In this document: in pieces, positions 27,210 to 36,027 of the stretch
Numbering within the stretch: the first letter of the stretch is position 1
Layout: each line of letters opens with the position of its first letter
DNA from: an uncultured Chloroflexia bacterium
Lineage (GTDB): Bacteria; Chloroflexota; Limnocylindria; Limnocylindrales; CSP1-4
Assembly: GCA_963780425.1 (NCBI GenBank)
Contig: CAWABZ010000015.1
Coordinates: 147,816-211,815 of the forward strand
Direction: 5' to 3'
DNA length: 64,000 bases
Notes under the pieces: generated by a model
Told to the model about the DNA's origin: nothing
The model's database searches: none
What the model saw: the letters and a program-made list of their open reading frames with translations, nothing else
Translations under genes and position numbers: made by a program

Positions 27210-27709
27210 GGCGCGACCGCCGGTTCATCCGTCGTGGTCGTGCCCATGCGGCGCGCGGCGGATTGTCCGCGCTGGGCGACAGGCACGATCCCGACAGCGG
27301 CCGCCATCCCGAAGGTCGGCATGTTCCCGTAGAAGGTCTCCGCGGTGCCCGGGCCGACCCGGTACGTCTCGTGGAAGATGCCGACGTCGGCGTTGTCGCG
27401 GACGAGTCGGTTGAACTCCCGCCACGCGGGCAGATGCTCGTGATCGGCCGCCCGGGCGAAGGCCTCGAGCTGGTCGAACGAGCGCCAGTACTGCACGCCC
27501 ACGATGACCCGTCCTGCCCAGAAGGTCTGCACATTGAGCAGGCCGAGGGTGGAGTCGGCGCCCAGCTCGCGCAGCATCCGCGGCATGGCTCGGAAAGCCG
27601 GCAGCCACGACCGGAATCGGCGAAGCCGGTTGATCCGCATGCCGATGATGAAGACGACGATCTCGTCGTCGAGGGTCGCCGTGTAGCGACCGCTGATGAT
27701 CTCGGCCAT
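27203..27709 (-). CDS. DUF4188-like protein (monooxygenase-fold family often paired with TetR regulators)
   Basis: 168 aa reading VVFIIGMRINRLRRFRSWLP...VQYWRSFDQLEAFA. It is divergent from a TetR gene. The family was assigned from memory of this motif pattern. Confidence 0.6.
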   Translation of the reverse strand: MAEIISGRYTATLDDEIVVFIIGMRINRLRRFRSWLPAFRAMPRMLRELGADSTLGLLNVQTFWAGRVIVGVQYWRSFDQLEAFARAADHEHLPAWREFNRLVRDNADVGIFHETYRVGPGTAETFYGNMPTFGMAAAVGIVPVAQRGQSAARRMGTTTTDEPAVAPY

Positions 27710-27754
27710 GCCGGCTGCTCCCTTCTCCGCGGATCGCTCGCGCGAGAGGCTGCT

Positions 27755-27797
27755 ATGTGAACAGTGTCTACTTTACGGACTGGATGTGAACGATGTC
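27755..27797. promoter_or_regulatory. Candidate TetR operator: two direct copies of ATGTGAACnnTGTC
   Basis: atgtgaacagtgtc at 27755..27768 and atgtgaacgatgtc at 27784..27797, in the 102-nt DUF4188/TetR divergent spacer. Confidence 0.45.
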
Positions 27798-27811
27798 AAC
27801 ATAGGGACGCC

Positions 27812-28429
27812 ATGACCGTCCAGGAAGCCCCGGCCCGCCCATACCATCACGGCGACCTTCGGCGAGCGCTCGTCACGGCCGCGACCGAGCTTGCCGCGGT
27901 CGGCGGGGCCGAGAACGTCACGCTCCGAGAGGTCGCGCGACGCGTCGGCGTCTCGGCCAGTGCCGCCTACCGCCACTTCCCGAACCGCGAGGGCCTGCTC
28001 GCGCAGGTCGCGTCCGAGGCGCGCGAGGCCCTTGCCCGGCGGATGATCGCCGCGGTCGCCGCGGTGGGGGCGGGATCGGACGGCGCCGCGGTCGACCGCT
28101 TCCGAGCGACCGGGCGTGCCTACATCGAATTCGCCCTCGATGAGCCGGGCCTGTTCGAGGTCGCGTTCCGGGCCTGCCCGCCGGACCTGTACGTGCCCGA
28201 CGACCCGTCCCCGTACGCGTTGCTGTCGGAGGCGCTGGACACGCTCGACCACGCCGGGCTGCTGGCCGTGCAGCGGCCGGGCGCGGAAGCTGCTGCGTGG
28301 GTCGCCGTGCACGGCGCCGCCGTGCTGCTGGGGGACGGGATGCTGCCACACAGCGACCGCGACACGATCATCGACGCGACCCTGGACATGGTCGGTGGCG
28401 GACTCCTGGTGCCCACAGCCCACGCGTAG
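27812..28429 (+). CDS. TetR-family transcriptional regulator
   Basis: ATG 27812. HTH region VTLREVARRVGVSASAAYRHFPNREGLL. Confidence 0.85.
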   Translation: MTVQEAPARPYHHGDLRRALVTAATELAAVGGAENVTLREVARRVGVSASAAYRHFPNREGLLAQVASEAREALARRMIAAVAAVGAGSDGAAVDRFRATGRAYIEFALDEPGLFEVAFRACPPDLYVPDDPSPYALLSEALDTLDHAGLLAVQRPGAEAAAWVAVHGAAVLLGDGMLPHSDRDTIIDATLDMVGGGLLVPTAHA

Positions 28430-28441
28430 ACTGGCGCTCCG

Positions 28442-29116
28442 ATGTCGATCGATCTCGCCGCGGATACCGGCTACGCGCTTCGCCTGGTCGTCGCCGCGTT
28501 CCTGGGTGCGCTGATCGGTCTCGAGCGCGAGATCCATGAGCATCCCGCAGGGATGCGGACGCATCTGCTGGTGTCGCTCGGATCGGCCGGCTTCACGGTC
28601 CTGTCCATCGCCGCGTTCCCGGCACCCGGCGCGGACCCCGCCCGGATCGCGGCGCAGGTCGTGTCGGGGATCGGCTTCCTCGGCGCCGGCGCGATCCTCA
28701 AGGAAGGCGCCACGGTCCGGGGGCTCACGACGGCCGCCAGCCTGTGGGCCGTCGCGGCGGTCGGGATGGCCGCCGGGGCAGGCGCGTTGCTCGTTGCCAT
28801 CACCCTGACGGCGATCGCCATCGTCTCGCTGTGGCCGCTCCGCGTCGTGACGGAGAAGATCAGCGGCCGCGACCGCCATCATGTCCGGATGCGGCTGTGG
28901 GCCACCGATCCGGCTGTGATCGCCCGGCTCCTCGCTTTGATCGAGAAGGAGCACGGGACGATCGCTCATCTGTCCACCAAGGGAATCGGCGGCGGTCGCC
29001 TGGAGATCGATCTCGAGGTCCGCACCGCCGACGTCGAGAGCGGTGCCGCGATGACGGCAGCCATCGCCGCCACCGAAGGCCTCGAGATGGACGAATCGCG
29101 CGCGGTCGGCGACTGA
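28442..29116 (+). CDS. MgtC/SapB-family membrane protein
   Basis: AAFLGALIGLEREIHEHPAGMRTHLLVSLGSA, GIGFLGAGAILKEG and a soluble C-terminal domain. Confidence 0.85.
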   Translation: MSIDLAADTGYALRLVVAAFLGALIGLEREIHEHPAGMRTHLLVSLGSAGFTVLSIAAFPAPGADPARIAAQVVSGIGFLGAGAILKEGATVRGLTTAASLWAVAAVGMAAGAGALLVAITLTAIAIVSLWPLRVVTEKISGRDRHHVRMRLWATDPAVIARLLALIEKEHGTIAHLSTKGIGGGRLEIDLEVRTADVESGAAMTAAIAATEGLEMDESRAVGD

Positions 29117-29165
29117 CCGCGCTTGCGACTGGCGAGGGGGTTGACCATATGGCACGATCGGGCGG

Positions 29166-30305
29166 ATGAGGCGACCCCGCCTGCCGCGGTCGATCCCGCG
29201 GTCGCTTCCGCTCCTCGATTCGCCGCTCGTCCGTCGAGTGATGTGGCACGTCCAGCGGATGCGCGGGCAGCTCGATCGCCGGTTCTTCATGTCCCTCGCG
29301 CAAGGGATCATCGGGTTCGTCCTGGTGGCCGCGGTCCTGATCACCCTCTTCGAGAAGTCGTGGACGTTCGAATCGGTCTTCGACTCGTTCAACTGGGGGA
29401 TCGCCACGGTGCTCGGGCAGGGCGATTCGGGCTATGTGACGTCGCCAGCCGGGCGGCTCATCGGCTGGTTCCTCATCCTGTTCGGGGTCGCCATGCTGGG
29501 GATGATCACCGGCGCGCTCGTCGCGCTGGTCATCGATTTCCTGCTCAAGGAGGGTCAGGGCTTGGGTGCTTCCGGGTACAAGAACCACATCGTCGTCTGT
29601 GGTTGGAACACCACGGCGCGCGACCTCATCGCCGAGCTGAAGGGCGACGACTATCGATCGAAGGTCGTCGTGCTTGCCGATCTCGACAAGAACCCGGCCG
29701 GCGACGGGGTGTACTTCGTCCGCGGCGAGCCGACGAATGACGACGACCTCAAGCGTGCCGGCATCGAGGATGCATCGGCCGCGCTCATCTTCCCGCGCGA
29801 CGCTACCGACGATGCCGACATGCACTCGATCCTGACGATCCTCGCGATCGAGCATGCGGCACCCGGCGTGCGGACCGTGGCCGAGGTCAACAACCCGAAG
29901 CACGAGGCCCATTTTCGGCGTGCCGACGTCGACGAGCTCCTCGTGACCTCGAAGATGGCCTCGCATCTGCTGGCCCGGTCGGCGTTGTACCCGGGTCTGA
30001 CCGGGATCATCACCGACATCGTGTCAGGCGGCGAGGGATCGGAGCTGTACAGGATCGGCCTGCCCGACGACTACATCGGCCTGTCGATCGACGCTGTCGC
30101 GGCGCGCCTCCGGACCGAGCACCACGCGACGCTGCTGTCGGTGAACCGGGGCGGGCATGCCTTCGTGAACCCCGGCGCCGACTTCGTGCTGCAGCGGGAC
30201 GACGACGCGGTGGTCGTGGCCGAGTCGCTCGGGTCGCTCGCGCCACTGGAGATCTCGGACACGTCGGTCGCACCACGGACCGCCTCAGTGGTGCCGTCGG
30301 CATAG
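29166..30305 (+). CDS. Two-TM pore-loop cation channel with a C-terminal RCK/TrkA-N domain and a non-canonical filter
   Basis: TM1, then pore helix and filter NWGIATVLGQGDSG (29407..29427), then TM2, then a Rossmann-type RCK domain (KNHIVVCGWNTTARDLIAEL). Confidence 0.8.
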   Translation: MRRPRLPRSIPRSLPLLDSPLVRRVMWHVQRMRGQLDRRFFMSLAQGIIGFVLVAAVLITLFEKSWTFESVFDSFNWGIATVLGQGDSGYVTSPAGRLIGWFLILFGVAMLGMITGALVALVIDFLLKEGQGLGASGYKNHIVVCGWNTTARDLIAELKGDDYRSKVVVLADLDKNPAGDGVYFVRGEPTNDDDLKRAGIEDASAALIFPRDATDDADMHSILTILAIEHAAPGVRTVAEVNNPKHEAHFRRADVDELLVTSKMASHLLARSALYPGLTGIITDIVSGGEGSELYRIGLPDDYIGLSIDAVAARLRTEHHATLLSVNRGGHAFVNPGADFVLQRDDDAVVVAESLGSLAPLEISDTSVAPRTASVVPSA

Positions 30306-30356
30306 GGCGCGCTGGGTCGGGCCGGGCGGGGCGGGGGCGGCGCCGGGGCGGGAGGG
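30305..30356 (+). other. Dense G-tract array (potential G-quadruplex) directly after the channel stop codon
   Basis: Nine runs of 3 or more G within 52 nt: ggg 30305, 30314, 30319, 30324; gggg 30328; ggggg 30333; gggg 30345; ggg 30350, 30354. Confidence 0.5.
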
Positions 30357-30443
30357 TTCAGCGAGCTGCGGGGGACTCCGCTGTCCTACGGAAGGATCCC
30401 GTTTGCCTCCGCCGGGGCGTTAACGGTCCAACGCTCACCCGAT

Positions 30444-30591
30444 GTGCATGTGGTGACCATTCGGAAGAACGAGGGGACTTCTAGTGGGCAATTCGACACG
30501 TTCGATCGTCGTCCGGGTCACCCCGTGAACCATCCGGCGAAGGAAGAGCCGAATTCGTCGGTTCGATCTCCGTAACGGTCACCATGTGCAC
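30444..30591. repeat. Imperfect inverted repeat (30444..30464 and 30570..30591) enclosing about 105 nt of lower-GC non-coding DNA
   Basis: gtgcatgtggtgaccattcgg compared with the reverse complement of ccgtaacggtcaccatgtgcac; the 15-nt core matches at 13 of 15 positions. Confidence 0.5.
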
Positions 30592-30951
30592 CGCCGTCGC
30601 CCGGACCCCTGCTGCGACTCGGGCCGCGGCCACGACCCCGACGAACCGCGCGCGTTGCTGGGATCCTGCAATTGATCACCAGGTGAGCACTCGTCAGGGT
30701 TCGCGGACCCTTGGCGAGTTCACATCGCGCATGACCATGCAAGGTCGGCGCTTGCCCTGCACGCATTTATCCAGCCGGGCGCATGACCATGCACGCAACC
30801 TTCAGATCGAAACCTGTGCGCCTGACCAATGCCCGCCTGGTGGACAAATGGCAGGAATGGGCTGCGATCAGGGCCGCGCCGAGGGTCCCGAGGGTCCCGA
30901 TGGCGCCGGGCAGCCATACGCCCCGAGCGCCCCGCCCCGCGGCAGACCCTC

Positions 30952-32394
30952 CTAGAGAGCCTTGACCGCCGCGGTCAGCGCCGCAAGCCCCTCCTTCGCG
31001 TCGGCAAAGAGCATCCCGGTCTTGTCGTTCGTGTACAGCTCGTTGTCGATGCCGGCGTAGCCCCGTCCCATCGAGCGCTTGATGACCACGATGGACTTTG
31101 CCTTGTCCACGTCGAGGATCGGCATCCCCGACACAGGCGACCCGGGCCGCCGGGCGGCCGGGTTCGTCACGTCGTTCGCGCCGATGACGAGGGCCACATC
31201 CGCCCGCTCGAACTCCGGGTTGATGTCGTCCATCTCCTTGAGTTGGGGATACGGCACGTTGGCCTCGGCCAAGAGGACATTCATATGACCCGGCATCCGG
31301 CCCGCGACCGGATGGATCGCGTACTTGACATCGACACCGCGCTCCTCGAGCAGGTCGGCCAGCTCGCGGACGGCGTGCTGTGCCTGCGCCACCGCCAGGC
31401 CATAGCCCGGGACGACGATCACGTGCTGGGCGTATGCGAGCTGGATCGCGACATCGTCCGCGCTGATCGAGCGGACCGACCCGCCTGCGCCTGCCACGGC
31501 GGCACCTGCCGCGTCGTCGCCGCCGCCGAAACCGCCCAGCATGATGTTGAGCACGGACCGGTTCATCGCGTCGGCCATGAGCTTGGTCAGGATCGCGCCC
31601 GACGCGCCGACGAGAGCGCCGGCGATGATCAGGACCGGGTTCTCGAGGACGAAGCCGGCCATCGCGACGGCCGTGCCCGTGAACGAGTTCAACAGGCTGA
31701 TGACGACTGGCATGTCGGCTCCACCGATCGGCAGCGTCATCGTCACGCCGAAGATCAGCGACGCGGCGAGGATCAGGAGGATCAGCGCGAGGTTCGGCGT
31801 GCCCGTGATGAACAGGATCGCCGAGGCGATGACCGCGACTGCGGCGAGCGCCAGCGTGACGAGCCGGCCGCCCGGGATCAGGATCGGCTTGCCCGGGATG
31901 AGGCCCTGGAGCTTGCCGGATGCGATGAGCGACCCGGTGAACGTGATCGAGCCGATGATGATGTCGAGCACGATGAAGGTGTGCTGGTCCAGGCGGACGT
32001 GGCCGCCACCGAGGAGGCCCAGGTAATCGTCGATCGCGATGAGGGCCGCCGCACCGCCGCCCACCGCATTGAACAACGAGACCAGCTGCGGCATCGCCGT
32101 CATCTTCACGACGCGGGCCGTGTACAGGCCCAGCCCGCCACCGATGATGATCCCACCAGCGATGAGGGCCCACCCCGAGGCGCGGATCCCGAAGCTCTCG
32201 GGCGCGAGCAGCTGGCGGGACAGGATCAGGATCGCAGTGGCGACGACCGCGAGGATCATCCCGCCGGCCGACACCAGGTTTCCGTTGCGCGCCGTGGCCG
32301 GCGAGTTCATCCGGGCCAGACCGATGACGAACGCCACGGCGCCCGCGAGCCAGGCGATCCGGACGAGGATCTCGATGAGCTGGAGCGTGGTCAC
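30952..32394 (-). CDS. pntB: NAD(P) transhydrogenase subunit beta
   Basis: 480 aa with a multi-TM N-terminal part and a C-terminal NADP(H)-binding domain (VIVVPGYGLAVAQAQH, YAIHPVAGRMPGHMNVLLAEA). Confidence 0.92.
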   Translation of the reverse strand: MTTLQLIEILVRIAWLAGAVAFVIGLARMNSPATARNGNLVSAGGMILAVVATAILILSRQLLAPESFGIRASGWALIAGGIIIGGGLGLYTARVVKMTAMPQLVSLFNAVGGGAAALIAIDDYLGLLGGGHVRLDQHTFIVLDIIIGSITFTGSLIASGKLQGLIPGKPILIPGGRLVTLALAAVAVIASAILFITGTPNLALILLILAASLIFGVTMTLPIGGADMPVVISLLNSFTGTAVAMAGFVLENPVLIIAGALVGASGAILTKLMADAMNRSVLNIMLGGFGGGDDAAGAAVAGAGGSVRSISADDVAIQLAYAQHVIVVPGYGLAVAQAQHAVRELADLLEERGVDVKYAIHPVAGRMPGHMNVLLAEANVPYPQLKEMDDINPEFERADVALVIGANDVTNPAARRPGSPVSGMPILDVDKAKSIVVIKRSMGRGYAGIDNELYTNDKTGMLFADAKEGLAALTAAVKAL

Positions 32395-32397
32395 CGG

Positions 32398-32730
32398 CTA
32401 GGCCTCCGGCTCGTCCGCGACCGGCTTGGGCGCGACGGGTCTCTTCCGGAACATCTGGAGCATCCTGTCGGTGACGACGTAGCCACCGACGACGTTCATC
32501 GTTGCGAACGCGACCGCGATGAGCGACAGGGCCTGGCTCACCCCGCCGCGTGCCTCGGACGCGATGAGCATCGCGCCGACCAGCACGATCCCGTGGATCG
32601 AGTTCGCGCCCGACATCAGCGGCGTATGGAGGGTCGCCGGGACCTTGCTGATGACCGCGAACCCGACCAGGATCGCGAGCGTGAAGATCGTCAGCCCCGT
32701 GATCAGCGTGTCGATCTGTTCGGGGGTCAT
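32398..32730 (-). CDS. pntA: NAD(P) transhydrogenase subunit alpha, part 2 (membrane)
   Basis: 110 aa reading TPLMSGANSIHGIVLVGAM. It sits between pntAA and pntB and overlaps pntAA by 4 nt. Confidence 0.9.
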   Translation of the reverse strand: MTPEQIDTLITGLTIFTLAILVGFAVISKVPATLHTPLMSGANSIHGIVLVGAMLIASEARGGVSQALSLIAVAFATMNVVGGYVVTDRMLQMFRKRPVAPKPVADEPEA

Positions 32731-33875
32731 GCCTGGCCTCCGGGGTTGAGCAGCTTGTTCACGGCGTCGGACACGACCGCGCCGTCCTTGGTGATGACAG
32801 TGGCCTTCGTGACCTCATCCTCGAAGTCGAGGTTGAGCGCTCCGTCCTTCACCATCCCGAGCAGCAGCGCCGAGATGTTGCGGGCGTAGAACGCGGACGC
32901 CCCGGCCGGCATGCTGGCCGGCAGGTTGTCGGGCGCGATGATCGTCACGCCGTTCGGCGTCACGACGGTCTCACCGACCTTCGACAGCTCGCAGTTGCCG
33001 CCCAGGGTGCTGGCGGCCATGTCGACGATGACCGAGCCCGGCTTCATCTTCGAGACGGCGTCGGCGGTGACGAGCACAGGTGGCTTCCGGCCCGGGACCT
33101 GGGCCGTGGTGATGACGACATCCATGCCGCCGATCACCTCGTTGAGCTCCGCCTGCTGGGCGGCGCGCTCGTCGGCCGTCAGCTCGCGGGCATACCCGCC
33201 GGCGCCGGTCGCGTCGATCGTGGTCTTGAGCTTGACGAACTGGGCGCCAAGGCTCTCAGCCTGCTCGCGGGTCTCCGGTCGGACGTCGTACGCCTTGACC
33301 ACCGCCCCGAGCCGCTTGGCCGTGCCGATCGCCTGGAGCCCGGCGACCCCGATGCCCAGGATGAGCACGTTCGCCGGCTTGGCCGTTCCGGCAGCCGTCG
33401 TGAGCAACGGGAAGTAGCGCCCGTACGCGTTCGCGGCGATCAGCACGGCCTTGTAGCCACCGACGTTCGCCTGGCTGCTCAACGCGTCCATCGACTGCGC
33501 CCGTGACAGGGTCCGCGGGATCGCGTCGAGGCTGATGGCCGTAACGCCGTTCGCGGCGAGTTCCTTGGCGAGGTTCGGGTCGATCAGCGGGGCGAGAAAA
33601 CCGATGACCGCCTGGCCCGTGCGCAGCCTCGACACCTCGGACGCGTCCGGCTTGGCAACGCGGAGGACGACGTCGGACTGCTGGTAGAGCGCGTCGGTCG
33701 GGACGACCGTCGCGCCCGCGTCGGTGAAGGCGCTGTCCGGTATGGCGGAGCCGGCACCGGCGTCGGCCTCGACGAGGATCTCGAGCCCGGCCGCCTGCAG
33801 CTTGCCGAGCGCTTCGGGCACCAGGGCGACGCGCCGCTCTCCGGGCGCGGTCTCCTTGGCCACACCGACCTTCAT
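32727..33875 (-). CDS. pntA: NAD(P) transhydrogenase subunit alpha, part 1 (NAD(H)-binding)
   Basis: Start ATG 33875 (MKVGVAKETAPGERRVALVPE). Rossmann motif VLILGIGVAGLQAIGTAKRLGA. The track start 34025 adds an Arg/Pro-rich extension. Confidence 0.9.
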   Translation of the reverse strand: MKVGVAKETAPGERRVALVPEALGKLQAAGLEILVEADAGAGSAIPDSAFTDAGATVVPTDALYQQSDVVLRVAKPDASEVSRLRTGQAVIGFLAPLIDPNLAKELAANGVTAISLDAIPRTLSRAQSMDALSSQANVGGYKAVLIAANAYGRYFPLLTTAAGTAKPANVLILGIGVAGLQAIGTAKRLGAVVKAYDVRPETREQAESLGAQFVKLKTTIDATGAGGYARELTADERAAQQAELNEVIGGMDVVITTAQVPGRKPPVLVTADAVSKMKPGSVIVDMAASTLGGNCELSKVGETVVTPNGVTIIAPDNLPASMPAGASAFYARNISALLLGMVKDGALNLDFEDEVTKATVITKDGAVVSDAVNKLLNPGGQA

Positions 33876-34112
33876 GGGCACCACCTGTTCCGAGATGACG
33901 GGACCGCGGACGTGGGGGAGCCCGCGGGGGACACTTGGGGTCGCCGCGAAGTCTAGCGCCTCCGTCGGGGTCGGTCGCGTCCGTCGCCGTCGTGGGCCAT
34001 CGCGCGGGTGGGACTTTCGGGTCACCCGGGCTGGGTCGCCCGCGTGATGTTTCGGTGCGGTCCGCGTCCGTACGGTCCGGTGGTGTTTACCACCGCGCCA
34101 CCCGCCAAGGCG

Positions 34113-36015
34113 ATGCCGGCAAATTCGCCGATCTTCCGCGACGGGTCGCTGCCCGCGCCGGAGTCAGCCGCCCGACGGGCGCTGATCCATGGCGTGGCGC
34201 TCCTCGCCATCGCCGTCACGGTCGCGTATCTGGCGTGGCGCCTGGGAGGCACGATCTCTGCGCAGTGGTGGTGGGTCGCGATCCCGCTGTTCGTCGTCGA
34301 GGTCCACAACGCGTTCGGCCTGACGCTGTACACGGTGGCCCTGTGGCGTGTCGACGCTCAACCGCATACGACCGGCGAGCCTCCGCGAGCGCGCGTGGCC
34401 GTCCTCATCCCGACATACAACGAACCGCCCGACGTGCTCCTCCCGACGATCGCCGCGGCGGTCGCCCTGAAGCCGGCGCACGAGACCTGGGTCCTCGACG
34501 ACGGCAAGCGCGAGGAGATCCGGACTCTGGCGGAGACGCTCGGCGCTCGCTACCTGACCCGCCCGGACAACAAGCACGCGAAGGCCGGCAATCTGAATCA
34601 CGCGCTCGGTCACATCAAGGCCGACATCATCGGCGTGCTCGACGCCGACCACGTCCCGACGGCGCGATTCCTGACCGCACTCCTGCCGTACTTCCACGAT
34701 CCGCAGCTGGCTTTCGTCCAGTCGCCGCAGGACTTCTACAACCTCGAATCGTTCGAGCACCAGCGTCGCTGGAACGGCCAGATCTTCAACGAGGAGGCGG
34801 TCTTCTATCGGGTCATCGCGCCCGCCAAGAACCGCTGGCAGGCTCCGTTCTGGTGCGGCACCTGTGCGCTCGTGCGAGTCGAGGCGCTCCGCTCGGTCGG
34901 CGGGGTGAGCACGGACAGCGTCACCGAGGACATCCACACCACCCTCCGGATGTTCCGCAAGGGCTGGACCGGCGCGTATCACAACGAGGTGGTCGCTCGC
35001 GGCCTGGCTCCGGACGATGCGACGTCCTACCTGATCCAGCGCAATCGCTGGGCGCTCGGGGCGATGCAGGTCCTCCGCAAGGAGAATCCGTTGTTCGGGC
35101 GGGGCCTGACCGCTGGCCAGCGCCTGGCGTTCCTCACCACGATGTTCGGCTGGTTCGACAGCTGGCGGACGTTCGCTTACATCACGATCCCGCTCGCGGT
35201 CGTCGCCACGGGCGCGGTCCCGATCGACGCACCGGGTGCGATCTTCGCGCCGTTCTTCCTGGCGACCCTCGGTATCCAGTTCATCGCGTTGCGGCTGCTG
35301 GCGCGTGGCCACTACCCGCCGATCCTGTCGGTGCTCTTCGAGGTGTTGCGCATGCCGGCCGTCCTGCCGGCGACCCTCGCGCTCTTCTGGCCGAACAGGG
35401 CCGCGACGTTCAAGGTCACGCCGAAGGGCCGGAGCTCGAGCGCCGGACACAGGACGCCGGTCCCGCGGCTGCTGACGGTCCTGGCTGCGGCCTCCTCGAT
35501 CGGCCTCGTCTGGTTCACGGCGACGCTGCTCGGTCTCACGCCTCTGCGGTACGGGACGCCATGGGCCGCCATCGGGGCCGCGGGTTTCATGGCCGTCAAC
35601 CTGGCTATCCTTGCTGTCCGCGATCCGCCGCATCCGCTCGTCGCGCTTCGCGGGCAACCGCCGGGCGGGCACGCGCCTGCCGGTGCATGTCCCGGCACGC
35701 CTGGGCGGACTTCAGGGCGAGCTGCTCGACCTGTCGGTCAGCGGCGCACGCATCCGCGTCCCCGCCAGGGTCGACGACTCCACCGGCGAGCTGTGGCTGA
35801 CGCTCGATCTGCCGGCACGCCGGCTCGAGCTGCAGGTCGAGGTCCGGCGCACGGAGATCCACGATGGCCAGGCGACCATCGGGCTGTCGTTCGTGGCGGG
35901 TCAGGAGAAGACCGTCGCTGCCATGGCGGTCGCCATCTTCCACGCGGACGTCTCGACGCGGCGCGATCGCCGCCGGCGGGGTCGCGGGCTCGTCTGGGAG
36001 GGCCAGGCCGCCTGA
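34113..36015 (+). pseudogene. Processive family-2 glycosyltransferase (cellulose-synthase BcsA-like) with a C-terminal PilZ domain and one apparent +1 frameshift near nt 35610
   Basis: VAVLIPTYNEP, LDDGKR, GVLDADH, TEDIHT and QRNRWALG (D,D,D,QxxRW), plus multiple TM helices. The PilZ domain (RFAGNRRAGTRLPV...ELLDLSVSGARIRV) is in the +1 frame (track ORF 35611..36015). The ATG 34113 start is tentative. Confidence 0.8.
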
Positions 36016-36027
36016 TCGCCGGGCTGC

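Noticed and set aside
30555-30572. A tRNA-like T-arm sequence ggttcgatctcc.
   Set aside because: The flanking bases do not form a T stem, and no acceptor, D or anticodon arms can be drawn around it.
30306-30951. Known housekeeping ncRNAs (tmRNA, RNase P RNA, SRP RNA, cobalamin or other riboswitch) in the long convergent gap.
   Set aside because: I could not find the diagnostic conserved boxes: no GGAAGGAAGCAGC-type SRP motif (only a partial cggaagga), no RNase P GAGGAAAGTCC box, no tRNA-like CCA end and no B12 box. No downstream gene exists for a riboswitch to control.
30518-30965. ORFs 30518..30766 (-), 30584..30955 (+) and 30783..30965 (+), and a 44-codon GTG ORF at about 30445..30579, as protein genes.
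   Set aside because: Their compositions are unnatural (Arg/Gly/Pro/His strings). Codon third positions are not GC-biased as in real genes of this genome. There are no ribosome-binding sites or recognisable domains.
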